DNA of 64,000 nucleotides from an uncultured Chthoniobacter sp. (GTDB lineage Bacteria; Verrucomicrobiota; Verrucomicrobiia; Chthoniobacterales; UBA6821): NCBI GenBank assembly GCA_964402065.1, contig CAYOAN010000006.1, positions 105,741 to 169,740 of the forward strand, read 5' to 3'. Shown piece by piece: positions 55,182 to 64,000 of this stretch (position 1 is its first letter; each line of letters starts with the position of its first letter). The notes under the pieces were generated by a model. It saw only the letters and a program-made list of their open reading frames with translations, ran no database searches and was not told where the DNA came from. The position numbers and the translations under genes were made by a program.

Positions 55182-56195
55182 TTAAACCGCTCTAGAGACC
55201 AACTGCCGCAAGATAGCTGGTCCTTCATAAATAAATGCGGTGTAAACCTGCAACAGTGAAGCTCCTGCTGCAAGGCGTTCAGAGGCTGATGCCGCGTCAC
55301 TGATGCCGCCAGAGGCGATGATTGGAAGTTGAGTGTGAGCACGAATTGTTTTGAGTGCTTGTAGCGACCGAACGCGAAGAGGCACTCCGCTAAGCCCGCC
55401 TGTTTGATCCAGGGGCGCAGGAATAGCTCGATGATCGATGGTGGTATTCGTGGCAATCAATCCAGACAATTTTTCTTCCTCCGCAAGTTGTACAATGGCG
55501 ATTAAATCTTCCTCGGCAAGATCAGGCGCAACTTTGACAAAAAGGGGTTGAGCAATTGCTGCGTCGCGCAGTGTTTTGATGATGGCGGCAAGAGCCTCTT
55601 TGGCTTGTAGATCGCGAAGACCTGGTGTGTTGGGAGAGCTCACATTAATGACATAATAATCTCCTAGCCCGCGAAGTTCGCGGTAACTTGCAAGGTAATC
55701 CTGAGCGGCTTCTTCAGCTGGTGTCACGCGTGATTTGCCAATATTAATGCCGACGGGAATACGTGGCCAGCGACCTGTTTCTTTGAGTAGGTTCAAACGA
55801 CGAGCGACTGCAGCGGCCCCTTCGTTATTGAAGCCGAGGCGATTGATGAGTGCTTGTTGTTCAGGAAAGCGAAACAAACGTGGTTTTGGATTTCCTGGTT
55901 GAGCATGGGCTGTGATTGTTCCTACTTCAATAAAGCCAAATCCAAGGGCTTCCCATGCTGGAAGAGCTACACCATTTTTATCCATTCCTGCGGCAAGGCC
56001 AATCGGATTTGGAAAATCAATACCAGCAACATGAGAAGGTGCCGAGAGACGTTCGCCGCAAAGTGTGTTTGCAAGCGGGCGTAGGATCCATGGAACAGCA
56101 GAACCCAGTTTTAAACTCTTCATGACGAGCTCATGAGCTCGTTCGGGATCAAGTTGGAAAAAAAGAGGGCGCAGGATTGAGTTATAAAAAGGCAT
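55182..56195 (-). CDS. pyrD: Dihydroorotate dehydrogenase (quinone), class 2
   Basis: LDPERAHE, GLAAGMDKNG, GFIEVGT, NVSSPNTPGLR, GGI. The start is taken at M15 of the track ORF. Confidence 0.9.
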   Translation of the reverse strand: MPFYNSILRPLFFQLDPERAHELVMKSLKLGSAVPWILRPLANTLCGERLSAPSHVAGIDFPNPIGLAAGMDKNGVALPAWEALGFGFIEVGTITAHAQPGNPKPRLFRFPEQQALINRLGFNNEGAAAVARRLNLLKETGRWPRIPVGINIGKSRVTPAEEAAQDYLASYRELRGLGDYYVINVSSPNTPGLRDLQAKEALAAIIKTLRDAAIAQPLFVKVAPDLAEEDLIAIVQLAEEEKLSGLIATNTTIDHRAIPAPLDQTGGLSGVPLRVRSLQALKTIRAHTQLPIIASGGISDAASASERLAAGASLLQVYTAFIYEGPAILRQLVSRAV

Positions 56196-56221
56196 AAAAA
56201 AGAATGGAGAAGAGCTCTTGG

Positions 56222-57571
56222 TTATTTCCCAATACAAAAATTCCCAAAAATTTCGCCGAGGATATCTTCTGTGTTGCTTTCGCCAACAACCTCGCCAAGA
56301 GCTTGAAGAGCGGCATGCAGGTCTACGGCTAAAAGTTCCGGTGGATGTTGGTCAAAAAATTCTAGAACGGAATTTAAAGAAATGAGAGCGCGTTCTAAGC
56401 AGGCCTGATGGCGGGCGTTGATAGCAAAAGCAGAGGAGGAATGTTCCGTAATAGGGGTTTCTGTTTTTGTAACGCGGGCAATAATCGCTGATTTTAATGC
56501 ATCTAGTCCCTCTCCTGTTTTACAAGAAAGAAAAACTGCTTCAGGATAAGCTGTGCGCAAGGCTGTAACGTTCGAGAGAAGATCAATTTTATTAAAAACT
56601 AAAAGTTCTTGAGGGTGAAGTGGTGTGAGCGACTTTTCTAATTGTGTAACATCGACAAGGTGCAAGGTAAGCTCAGCTGAAGACATGGCTTGGCGTGCTC
56701 GTGCAATGCCTTCTTGTTCGATTAATTCTTCGGTCTCTCGTAGCCCAGCAGTGTCAATGAGTCGAAACGGAAAGTCCCCTAACGTCGCTTTTTCTTCCAA
56801 TAAATCCCGTGTTGTTCCTGCCATTGGGGTTACAATAGCGCGATCTCGTCCAAGCAGTGCATTGAGCAAGCTCGACTTGCCAGCGTTAGGGGCGCCACAC
56901 AAGGCGATGGAAACACCTTCACGAATAAGGCGTCCTTCCGGAGCAGTTGTTAAAAGATGACGGAGATGATGGCGGCTTTTTTCTAAGCGCTCTTGCAATG
57001 CGCGTCCTGTTTCAGGAGAAATATCTTCTTCCGGAAAATCAATAAAGGCTTCCAGATGGGCAACAGCAGCAAGTAAGTCAGCCTTGAGAAGTCCAATTTC
57101 CTGACCTAACCGCCCTGCGAGCTGTTCGGTAGCGAGGTGTTGAGCACGTATTGTTTGGGCTTGGATCAAATCCATGACGGCTTCTGCCTGTGTTAAATCC
57201 ATCTTTCCATGAAGGTACGCTCTCTGAGTGAACTCCCCAGGTCGTGCCATTCGAGCTCCCATGTTCAGAATTGCTTGGAGAAGCTTTGCGCTGAGGAGCG
57301 ATCCCCCGTGGCAGCTGATTTCGACTATTTCTTCGCCTGTGTAGCTGTGAGGAGCTTTAAAAATGGCCAACAAAACTTCATCAAGTACTTTTCCATCAGT
57401 CATTATTTTTCCAAAATAGAGATGGCGTGGCTTCATCTCAAAACAAGAGACCGCTCCTTTAAAAAGAGGATTCACGATAGCAATTGCCTTTGGGCCAGAG
57501 ACTCGAATTAATGCCACAGCTCCTTCTCCAGGTGGAGTAGCAATAGCAGCGATGGTATCGTGATAGGACAT
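56222..57571 (-). CDS. mnmE: tRNA modification GTPase MnmE (TrmE)
   Basis: DTIAAIATPPGEGAVALIRVSG, G1 GAPNAGKSSLLNAL, DTAG, and C-terminal FCIGK. The start is at M28 of the track ORF (complement 57569-57571). Confidence 0.9.
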   Translation of the reverse strand: MSYHDTIAAIATPPGEGAVALIRVSGPKAIAIVNPLFKGAVSCFEMKPRHLYFGKIMTDGKVLDEVLLAIFKAPHSYTGEEIVEISCHGGSLLSAKLLQAILNMGARMARPGEFTQRAYLHGKMDLTQAEAVMDLIQAQTIRAQHLATEQLAGRLGQEIGLLKADLLAAVAHLEAFIDFPEEDISPETGRALQERLEKSRHHLRHLLTTAPEGRLIREGVSIALCGAPNAGKSSLLNALLGRDRAIVTPMAGTTRDLLEEKATLGDFPFRLIDTAGLRETEELIEQEGIARARQAMSSAELTLHLVDVTQLEKSLTPLHPQELLVFNKIDLLSNVTALRTAYPEAVFLSCKTGEGLDALKSAIIARVTKTETPITEHSSSAFAINARHQACLERALISLNSVLEFFDQHPPELLAVDLHAALQALGEVVGESNTEDILGEIFGNFCIGK

Positions 57572-57660
57572 ACTTTTATTAAAAAATTGAGCAAAAAAGA
57601 AAAGATGTTCTATATTACACCCTTTGTAAATTACACCTTTTATAAAATTCATCTTCTCCC

Positions 57661-59979
57661 GTGAACAGACTTTTTCTCTTTTTTTTGACAGCTTCTTTTG
57701 TTCAAAGTTCTCTCAACGCATTTGATAGTTCTCTGGCTCCAAACATCATCGTGCATGATTATTACACCATGCTAGAAGCGGCTCCTGTTTCAAGTCGTTC
57801 TCAACTTTATAGTGAGGAAATGGCTGAAAACCCTGATCAATGCGGCATCATACGAACCGAGACGAAGGAGGGAGAAGTTTATGCTGTTATTTCTGAAAAA
57901 GAAGCAGAGCCCATCGAAGGGTTAAGCCGCTGGCAACAGGAATATTTTTTCCAATGGGTTGCACAGGGGCGCCCGCAAATGAGCAAGGAAGAGGCTGCTC
58001 CATTGATGATGCTTGGAGAAGATCAAAAAGAAAATTCAGCAGAAGCAAGGCAACAAATTGAAAAAGAGCAACAACAAGAAGAGAGGCGCCGAATGATCGA
58101 AGAAGGTCTTAATAGCTCAAGCTCTCAAGAACGTGCTCAAGCCTTAGTGGAAAAGACTCAACTTCTACAGCAACGCCAAAGCATAGTAGAAATGAGGCAA
58201 AAAACGACAGAGGAGATTGATTGCATTAAATTAAAATTGGATCTCGCTAACGCTTTAGAGGTAGCGAAACAAGAATACTATGCATCCCAAGAAAAGCATT
58301 CTAAAGCGTATCATACTTGGGAAAATATGGATTTGGTCTTTAATAATGCGCTAAATCAGGCGATCACTACGATCCTTACATTAAACCCTGGAGAGATTAT
58401 TAACCCTGCAGGACTAGTGCCAGGTCATAGGAGCGCTCTTTTGAGCGCTTATGAAAGTTGTCAAGCAGCGTACAGAGCGTGTTGTGAGGCTCAAGGCAAC
58501 TATGATAGAGCTAAAGACAAAGCATTGCAGGGAGAGGTAAAGGAAGGAGAAAAATATAGTGATCATCTTTCTGCTGCTGAGTCTCATGCCAATGATCTTG
58601 CTCAACAGCAGCAAGAAATTGAAAACAAGCTGAAAAAAATTAAGAAAAAAATTAAGAAAAAAATGAGGCCATTAAAAAACCTAAACAATGGGAATAATTC
58701 CAAAACGCCTTCATCTTCAAGCGTAATAGAAGAAGGTTCAGCAAAAGCAGCGGCGACAGTGGCAGCAACAGAGCAGCAGGCTTTAGCAGAAGAGCGACGA
58801 ATATTGGATGAAAAGGAGGCCGCACTGCGAGCCGAAGTAAGCGAAGTCTTTCACTCAATGACCAGAAAAATTCCGATGATGCCGACAATCGAAGAAGAAC
58901 TCTTGACCGATGCGCTCTCTTCAGAATGGATTCAAGAGATTGTGAAGAATGCAAAAGCAGAATTTTTCCGTACGGAATTAGGATTAGATCGTCAAGAAAA
59001 GAAGGATCTTCATCCGCAGAGTATTGCTAGTATCAAGCGGATGAAAAAAGAATTGGAGGAGGAGATGGGGCGGTTTTGTACTAGGCTGAAGGGGCGTCTC
59101 TACCCACCAAAAAAACCTCGGACTTGGGCAGAATCTATAGCCCCGCTTGTTCACGGTGCAGGTGATTTTTTAGTTCGATCTTCTTGGGGCGCTTATCAAT
59201 GGGGGCGGAATGCTGTACAATTTTTACAAGACAACAACGCGGTTCAAAAAGAAGCACTAAAAAAAACAAGAGCATCTTTTGAACAACAAGGACGTGCCAT
59301 TCGCGATGTTCCCGTCCAAGAATATGCTTTTAAAAATGTTGAGATTACGCGGGAACTTTATGCGGAGCTTGTGGCTAAAAGAGGGCGAGAAGAAAAACCT
59401 CCAGAGCAAACGTGGGATGATTTTTCAAGGCAAGCTCAGGAAGTTCGGCAAGCTCTGAGCTCTGGTTTGCAGGTAGTAGGGCGCGCGCTCTATGCTCACT
59501 ACGTTACAGGTAAACCTATTGAAGAGAGCGAAGCAGACGAGCATGCCCGTCTTTATTTTGCACAACAGCAAGAAGATAATCCTCTCAAAATTGTTTTTTG
59601 GTACAAGAGTATTCAAATTGAAAGCGAAATAGCTGCTGAACGACAAGCACACATTGACAAAATAAAACAGCAGGCTCAGACAGAAGATCTTTCTGCAGAA
59701 GAAACCAAAGGAAAAATTGAAGCTTGGATAAGCGCTGATAAAGAGCGTCGCAGTCAAGAGCTGCAGGAGAAATGGAAGGCTTTCAGAGCAGAGCAGCAAG
59801 CAAAAAAAGAGGCGCTCCAGCCAAAAACGCCAGAACAGCTAGCTAAAGAAGAGGCCTTGATAAAGCAGAAAAAAGAATTAGAACGTCAACAATGGGAGCA
59901 AGAGCTGATTAAAGAAGACGAGAAAAGACGGCAACAACAGCAAAAGCAACAGCAAAAAAACAGCGGCAAAAAACGATGA
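57661..59979 (+). CDS. Large Glu/Gln/Lys-rich coiled-coil protein with N-terminal signal-like segment
   Basis: 772 aa with a GTG start. MNRLFLFFLTASFVQSSLNA, then long charged low-complexity helices (QQQEERRRMIEE; KKIKKKIKKK; QQQQKQQQKNSGKKR). No family recognised. Confidence 0.55.
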   Translation: MNRLFLFFLTASFVQSSLNAFDSSLAPNIIVHDYYTMLEAAPVSSRSQLYSEEMAENPDQCGIIRTETKEGEVYAVISEKEAEPIEGLSRWQQEYFFQWVAQGRPQMSKEEAAPLMMLGEDQKENSAEARQQIEKEQQQEERRRMIEEGLNSSSSQERAQALVEKTQLLQQRQSIVEMRQKTTEEIDCIKLKLDLANALEVAKQEYYASQEKHSKAYHTWENMDLVFNNALNQAITTILTLNPGEIINPAGLVPGHRSALLSAYESCQAAYRACCEAQGNYDRAKDKALQGEVKEGEKYSDHLSAAESHANDLAQQQQEIENKLKKIKKKIKKKMRPLKNLNNGNNSKTPSSSSVIEEGSAKAAATVAATEQQALAEERRILDEKEAALRAEVSEVFHSMTRKIPMMPTIEEELLTDALSSEWIQEIVKNAKAEFFRTELGLDRQEKKDLHPQSIASIKRMKKELEEEMGRFCTRLKGRLYPPKKPRTWAESIAPLVHGAGDFLVRSSWGAYQWGRNAVQFLQDNNAVQKEALKKTRASFEQQGRAIRDVPVQEYAFKNVEITRELYAELVAKRGREEKPPEQTWDDFSRQAQEVRQALSSGLQVVGRALYAHYVTGKPIEESEADEHARLYFAQQQEDNPLKIVFWYKSIQIESEIAAERQAHIDKIKQQAQTEDLSAEETKGKIEAWISADKERRSQELQEKWKAFRAEQQAKKEALQPKTPEQLAKEEALIKQKKELERQQWEQELIKEDEKRRQQQQKQQQKNSGKKR

Positions 59980-60092
59980 ACAGCCACAAGGGGCTAGAGC
60001 ATTTTGAAATTATAGCCAATCTGAAGCAAAGAATGAAGCAAACAGGCCTGCCGTCTATAAAAGATGCTCGACGTGCGAAGAGTCGGAAAACT

Positions 60093-61298
60093 TCAGAATG
60101 AGCTGCTGGTGAGTTCTGAAGAAGCAAATTGGCTGATTGCTTGACTCAATTGTTCAAGTATCAATTCTGTATGAACGCTGCTAAGGGTGACCCTAAGCCG
60201 TGCGCCACCTCGAGGAACAGTTGGATAGCGAATGGCTGGAATATAAAATCCCTGTTCCCAAAGGTGCTTGGCAGCCGCGAGAGAAATTTTTTCTTCACCT
60301 AACAAAATTGGCAAAATAGCGCCTTCGGCTGAATGAGATTGGCCTATCTTGCTTTGAAAGGAAGCAATGTTTTTCCAAAGTTGCTCGGCGCGCGCTTCCC
60401 CTTCTTCGCTGTTGATGATTGCAAGCCCTGCTCGAGCCGCTGCAGCAACTGCTGGCGGCGGCGCTGTTGAAAACACAAAACTGCGAGCACGATGCAACAA
60501 GTAGTCAATGAGTTGTCGCGAACCCGCAATGTACCCTCCAGCTGCACCGACTGCTTTTCCAAGAGTTCCCATTTGAAGATCCACTTTTTTACTCAATCCT
60601 AATTCTCCAGCAAGTCCTCCCATACGATTTCGAGGCTTGCCGCGAACGCCAATGGCATGAGCCTCATCTAGCAAAAGCAGCGCATCATAACGCTCTTTGA
60701 GCTCCACGATTTTTTGTAACGGAGCAACATCTCCGTCCATGCTAAAAATAGATTCTGTAATCATCATGATCGTACCATGAGGAGATCTCTTACGAGCCCA
60801 TTGCAACTGTTCCTCAACCTGATTCGTATCGTTATGACGAAAAACACGGAGTGTTGCCTTGCTTTGACGTGCGCCGTCAACAAGACTTGCGTGAGCTAGC
60901 TTATCAAGGAGAACCACATCTCCACGGCCCATTAAAATAGGAAGCACTCCCGATGAGGCCGCATATCCGGTTGAAAAGCAAAGTGCAGCCTCCGTCTGTT
61001 TTGCTTCAGCAATTGCTTCTTCTAGCTTCGCATGTTCTGAAGTCGTCCCGCAAACTAAACGTGAAGCAGTTGCTCCAAAACCAAAATCACGCATAGCACG
61101 TCCTGCAGCCTCTTGCAAAGCAGGATGATTTGCTAAACCTAAGTAATCATTCGAAGAAAAATTCCATAATTTTTTCCCATAAATCACAACTTCTGCACCA
61201 GTGATTTTTTCAACACAGCGAAGTTGTCGTTGTAAATTCTGCTCCTTAATCAAACCAAGCTCTTGAGCAAGACGCGTTGTAAAAGAAGAACTACTCAT
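60093..61298 (-). CDS. Alpha-oxoamine synthase family (8-amino-7-oxononanoate synthase / 2-amino-3-ketobutyrate CoA ligase-like)
   Basis: SSNDYLGLANHP, ESIFSMDGD, DEAHA.G, and the PLP lysine in GTLGKAVG. Confidence 0.8.
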   Translation of the reverse strand: MSSSSFTTRLAQELGLIKEQNLQRQLRCVEKITGAEVVIYGKKLWNFSSNDYLGLANHPALQEAAGRAMRDFGFGATASRLVCGTTSEHAKLEEAIAEAKQTEAALCFSTGYAASSGVLPILMGRGDVVLLDKLAHASLVDGARQSKATLRVFRHNDTNQVEEQLQWARKRSPHGTIMMITESIFSMDGDVAPLQKIVELKERYDALLLLDEAHAIGVRGKPRNRMGGLAGELGLSKKVDLQMGTLGKAVGAAGGYIAGSRQLIDYLLHRARSFVFSTAPPPAVAAAARAGLAIINSEEGEARAEQLWKNIASFQSKIGQSHSAEGAILPILLGEEKISLAAAKHLWEQGFYIPAIRYPTVPRGGARLRVTLSSVHTELILEQLSQAISQFASSELTSSSF

Positions 61299-61305
61299 GA
61301 AGGAA

Positions 61306-61589
61306 GGGGTCAGTCCCTGATATTGGGTATTTTGGGGTCACTCTATGATATTTGGTGCCAGTTCATGGTATCTAAAATGTAGTCAAATTACTTAGAAAAT
61401 ACAGGAAAGAACGTAGAAATTTTTAGAAAAGGCAAGGCCGAAGACCGAGTGCTATCTCAGCGATAACGTGATGGGATGAGAACGCTGCTTGCCTCTAAAT
61501 AAGATCACGTCAATTTATGGTAACCTCTAAGTAATTTGACTACATATCATGAACTGGCACCAAAATATGCAATATCAGGGACTGACCCC
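61306..61589. mobile_element. Family-A element carrying a nested family-B element; fills the purH-bioF-like spacer
   Basis: Left arm GGGGTCAGTCCCTGATATTGGGTATTTTGGGGTCACTCTATGATATTTGGTGCCAGTTCATGG. Right arm CATGAACTGGCACCAAAATATGCAATATCAGGGACTGACCCC. The interior is the family-B copy. Confidence 0.75.
61379..61544. mobile_element. Family-B element, only copy with both termini (about 166 bp)
   Basis: Inverted termini GTAGTCAAATTACTTAGA ... TCTAAGTAATTTGACTAC. The interior matches 16728-16856. Confidence 0.7.
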
Positions 61590-61596
61590 TTTGGCG

Positions 61597-63129
61597 CTAA
61601 TGACGGAAATGGCGGCGTCCGGTAAAAACCATGGCCATGTTTCGTTGATCGGCAGCGGCAATGATTTCTTGATCGCGCAACGAGCCTCCTGGCTGGATTG
61701 CAGCTGTAGCGCCTGCATCAGCTGCAGCCAGAAGCCCATCTGGAAATGGGAAAAAAGCATCACTGCAGACAACGCTTCCCTTCAGCGACAGACCAGCTTC
61801 GGTAGCCTTCCAGACAGCGATGCGTGAGGCATCAACGCGAGACATTTGGCCTGCGCCAATTCCAAGAGTCCGATCACGACTTACATAAACAATCGCATTG
61901 CTCTTCACGTGCTTGACGACTTTCCATCCAAACTCCATGGCCTCTAACTCTTCACGCGTTGGAGGTCGGCTTGTCACAACATTGTGTTCCATGAGGCCAA
62001 TCTTCCCGCCATTGTCGATATCTGCATCTTGAACTAAGAGGCCGCCAACCACAGAACGAATGTCACGTGGTGTGAGAGGAATCGGCTGGAGGAGTCGCAT
62101 CAAGCGAAGATTTTTTTTCTTTTGCAATAAGGCGCGTGCCGTTGGCTCAAATTCAGGAGCAATGATGACTTCGCTAAAAATTTCGGAAATATCTCGTGCA
62201 AGTTCTTCGGTAATAGGGCGGTTAACAATGATGACCCCACCAAAAGGAGCAGAGCGATCGGTTGCAAATGCTTTTTCCCAAGCCGCGCAGAGGTCATCAT
62301 CGCTGCCAACACCACACGGATTGTTATGCTTGAGAATAGCAACGGTGGGGCGTTCAAACTCTGCTATGAGGCGTGTTGCGGCAGTAATGTCGAGAATGTT
62401 GTTAAAGGAAAGATCCTTGCCGTGAAGCTGCTCAAAATAATCGAAAAAATTGCCATAGAGTTCGGCATTTTGGTGAGGATTTTCACCATAACGAAGGTGA
62501 CTTGCTTGCGGAAATTTGAGAGAGAGCGCCGTGTCCGTGACGACTTCGCCATCAAGGTAAGAGCTAATAGCGTGATCATAAGCCGCCGTCATCGCAAACG
62601 CTTTGACCGCCAATCGCGCACGGAGTTCAGGAGTTGTTTTTCCGTCATGCTCTTTCATCAATTCCAAAATGCGAGGATAATCATTGGGGTCAACAACGAC
62701 GGTGACAGATTCTTGATTTTTGGCGGCGCTCCGAATCATCGAAGGACCACCGATGTCGATTTGTTCAATGGCTTCTTCGAGCGTGGTTCCTTTTTTGGCA
62801 ACCGTTTCGACGAAGGGGTAAAGATTCACGCAGACAAGATCAATGGGAGGGATGTCATGTTCAGCTGCTTGAGCTTCATGAGTTGGCTGATTTCGACGAT
62901 ACAGTAAGCCTCCATGCACTTTGGGGTGAAGCGTCTTGACGCGACCTTCCATGATCTCGGGGAAGCCTGTGAATTCAGAAATTTCAGTGACCGGAATGTC
63001 AGCTGCTTTGAGCGCTTTTGCAGTGCCTCCCGTAGAAATAAGTTCGATGCCATGAGCGACTAAACCTCGGGCAAAATCGAGCAGGCCTGATTTATCGGAG
63101 ACAGAAAGAAGAGCGCGTTGAATTTTCAT
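61597..63129 (-). CDS. purH: Bifunctional AICAR transformylase / IMP cyclohydrolase
   Basis: 510 aa. N-terminal MGS-like [17 protein letters not shown]; [10 protein letters not shown]; C-terminal [28 protein letters not shown]. Confidence 0.95.
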   Translation of the reverse strand: MKIQRALLSVSDKSGLLDFARGLVAHGIELISTGGTAKALKAADIPVTEISEFTGFPEIMEGRVKTLHPKVHGGLLYRRNQPTHEAQAAEHDIPPIDLVCVNLYPFVETVAKKGTTLEEAIEQIDIGGPSMIRSAAKNQESVTVVVDPNDYPRILELMKEHDGKTTPELRARLAVKAFAMTAAYDHAISSYLDGEVVTDTALSLKFPQASHLRYGENPHQNAELYGNFFDYFEQLHGKDLSFNNILDITAATRLIAEFERPTVAILKHNNPCGVGSDDDLCAAWEKAFATDRSAPFGGVIIVNRPITEELARDISEIFSEVIIAPEFEPTARALLQKKKNLRLMRLLQPIPLTPRDIRSVVGGLLVQDADIDNGGKIGLMEHNVVTSRPPTREELEAMEFGWKVVKHVKSNAIVYVSRDRTLGIGAGQMSRVDASRIAVWKATEAGLSLKGSVVCSDAFFPFPDGLLAAADAGATAAIQPGGSLRDQEIIAAADQRNMAMVFTGRRHFRH

Positions 63130-63518
63130 GAAAAAGAAGAGCGCTGATTATAACCGACTCACTAAGATGCAACAGCATTTTCTCTAACAGAGCTATTTAT
63201 ATTGAAGCAGAATGAGCCTTTAGATAGGACGAAGGGGCGCTTTTAACAGCAAAAGGGTACAGGTTCAAAACATAGGTAACACTTTTTAAGGCAAAAAAAA
63301 GCTTAATAACCTTCAAAGATGCCTTGCAAAAACAACACACCTACGGACCATCTGATCAGGGATTTTCTTCAAGCCTTACTGTTTTCATTGGCCCAACTCA
63401 ACCACAGCCAAATATCACCGAAAAAATCTACCTCAACTCTCCGGTTGCTCCAGCAGGCTGGACCGCAGTCGGAAACGATGCTGCGCAATAATAGCAACAA
63501 TAATTAGTAAGTTAATTA

Positions 63519-63559
63519 AACCGCGAAATTCGGAAACGTCTTTCGCGGTTTTTCTTTTT
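63519..63559 (+). terminator. Rho-independent terminator with no annotated upstream gene
   Basis: 10-bp stem AACCGCGAAA / TTTCGCGGTT, 12-nt loop, then TTTTTCTTTTT. Confidence 0.7.
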
Positions 63560-63600
63560 GCGTTGAGAGAGACCTTTGTGATTAAGTCTTTCTTTTGTTC

Positions 63601-64000
63601 ATGATCACGATTCGCGTTTTACAATTTGATGATTGGATGAAGTGGAAAGAACTCCGCAAAGAATCGATCTTGCTTTGCCCAACAGCCTTCGCCTCTTCTT
63701 TTGATGAAGAGATGAATGTGTCAGATCGGCAGTTTCAAGATTGGATTACCAAAAACATCATCTTTGGAGCTTTTCATGACGACCACTTAATTGGAACGGC
63801 TGGTTTTTTCCAAATGGAATTAGCAAAGGAAAAACATCGTGGCGTCCTCTTCAGTGTTTATGTGGCGCCTGCTCATCGCCATCAAGGCGTTGCGTATCAG
63901 CTAGTGGAGCGCGTTGTTCAAGAAGCAAAAAAACGAGTCATTCAGCTGCATCTCAAGGTGGTCAGCTCGAATGTCTCTGCGGTGAACCTCTATCACAAAC
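63601..64000 (+). CDS. GNAT family N-acetyltransferase, 5' part; continues past the window end
   Basis: Absent from the ORF track because it is open at the window edge. Manual translation from the ATG at 63601: MITIRVLQFDDWMKWKELRKESIL...GVLFSVYVAPAHRHQGVAYQLVERVVQEAKK (acetyl-CoA motif A-like V.P..R.QGV...L). Confidence 0.65.
   Translation, partial: MITIRVLQFDDWMKWKELRKESILLCPTAFASSFDEEMNVSDRQFQDWITKNIIFGAFHDDHLIGTAGFFQMELAKEKHRGVLFSVYVAPAHRHQGVAYQLVERVVQEAKKRVIQLHLKVVSSNVSAVNLYHK

Noticed and set aside
61549-61827. 92-aa plus-strand ORF overlapping the purH 3' end
   Set aside because: It starts inside the family-A right arm and is antisense to the strongly supported purH.
1-64000. rRNA, tRNA, tmRNA, RNase P, riboswitches (purine/TPP upstream of pur genes), IS transposases and prophage genes
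   Set aside because: I scanned intergenic regions by eye for characteristic conserved strings and found none. Eye-scanning is insensitive, so tRNAscan-SE and Infernal should be run to confirm.

Overview
This is a 64-kb chromosomal segment from a Gram-negative bacterium. It carries LPS inner-core heptose/Kdo genes, lgt and a secretin. The taxon is not identifiable from sequence alone. Split purS/purQ/purL, a HemQ/Cld-like gene and a dispersed type III secretion gene fit a PVC-type (Verrucomicrobia/Chlamydiae-like) organism, but that is a low-confidence guess. About 55 protein genes are supported, most of them housekeeping: mnmG, lpdA, folB, ispE, purLQS, purH, phoH plus a 7TM-HD gene, hldA-gmhB-kdsB, lgt, a 2-oxoacid dehydrogenase E1a/E1b/E2 set, yggS, brnQ, an amino-acid ABC transporter, lrp, an aminotransferase, dedA, pyrD, mnmE and a bioF/kbl-like gene. 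Partial genes sit at both window edges and are missing from the ORF track: a glnD 5' part on the minus strand (1-1162) and a GNAT acetyltransferase on the plus strand (63601-64000). I saw no rRNA, tRNA, CRISPR array, transposase or phage genes. Five accessory or unusual features stand out. (1) A 9.8-kb Rhs/YD-repeat polymorphic-toxin gene (37359-47162) is followed by three paralogous lipoprotein-like immunity genes. Two truncated copies of the toxin C-terminus lie among them, each bounded by a 119-bp palindromic MITE-like element. (2) There is type III secretion content: a stand-alone SctC-type secretin, and a class-I chaperone plus a SopB/IpgD-type (CKSGKDRT) phosphoinositide phosphatase wedged between the dehydrogenase operon and lgt. 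(3) At least three families of dispersed palindromic intergenic repeats are present, including one nested copy. (4) Degenerate tandem heptamer arrays (TGTARCC)n abut the start codons of at least six unrelated genes, always in gene orientation. (5) The glnD fragment at the left edge is a strong AT-rich compositional outlier. All calls rest on motif recognition in the supplied translations and on reading the DNA by eye. No database search was run.
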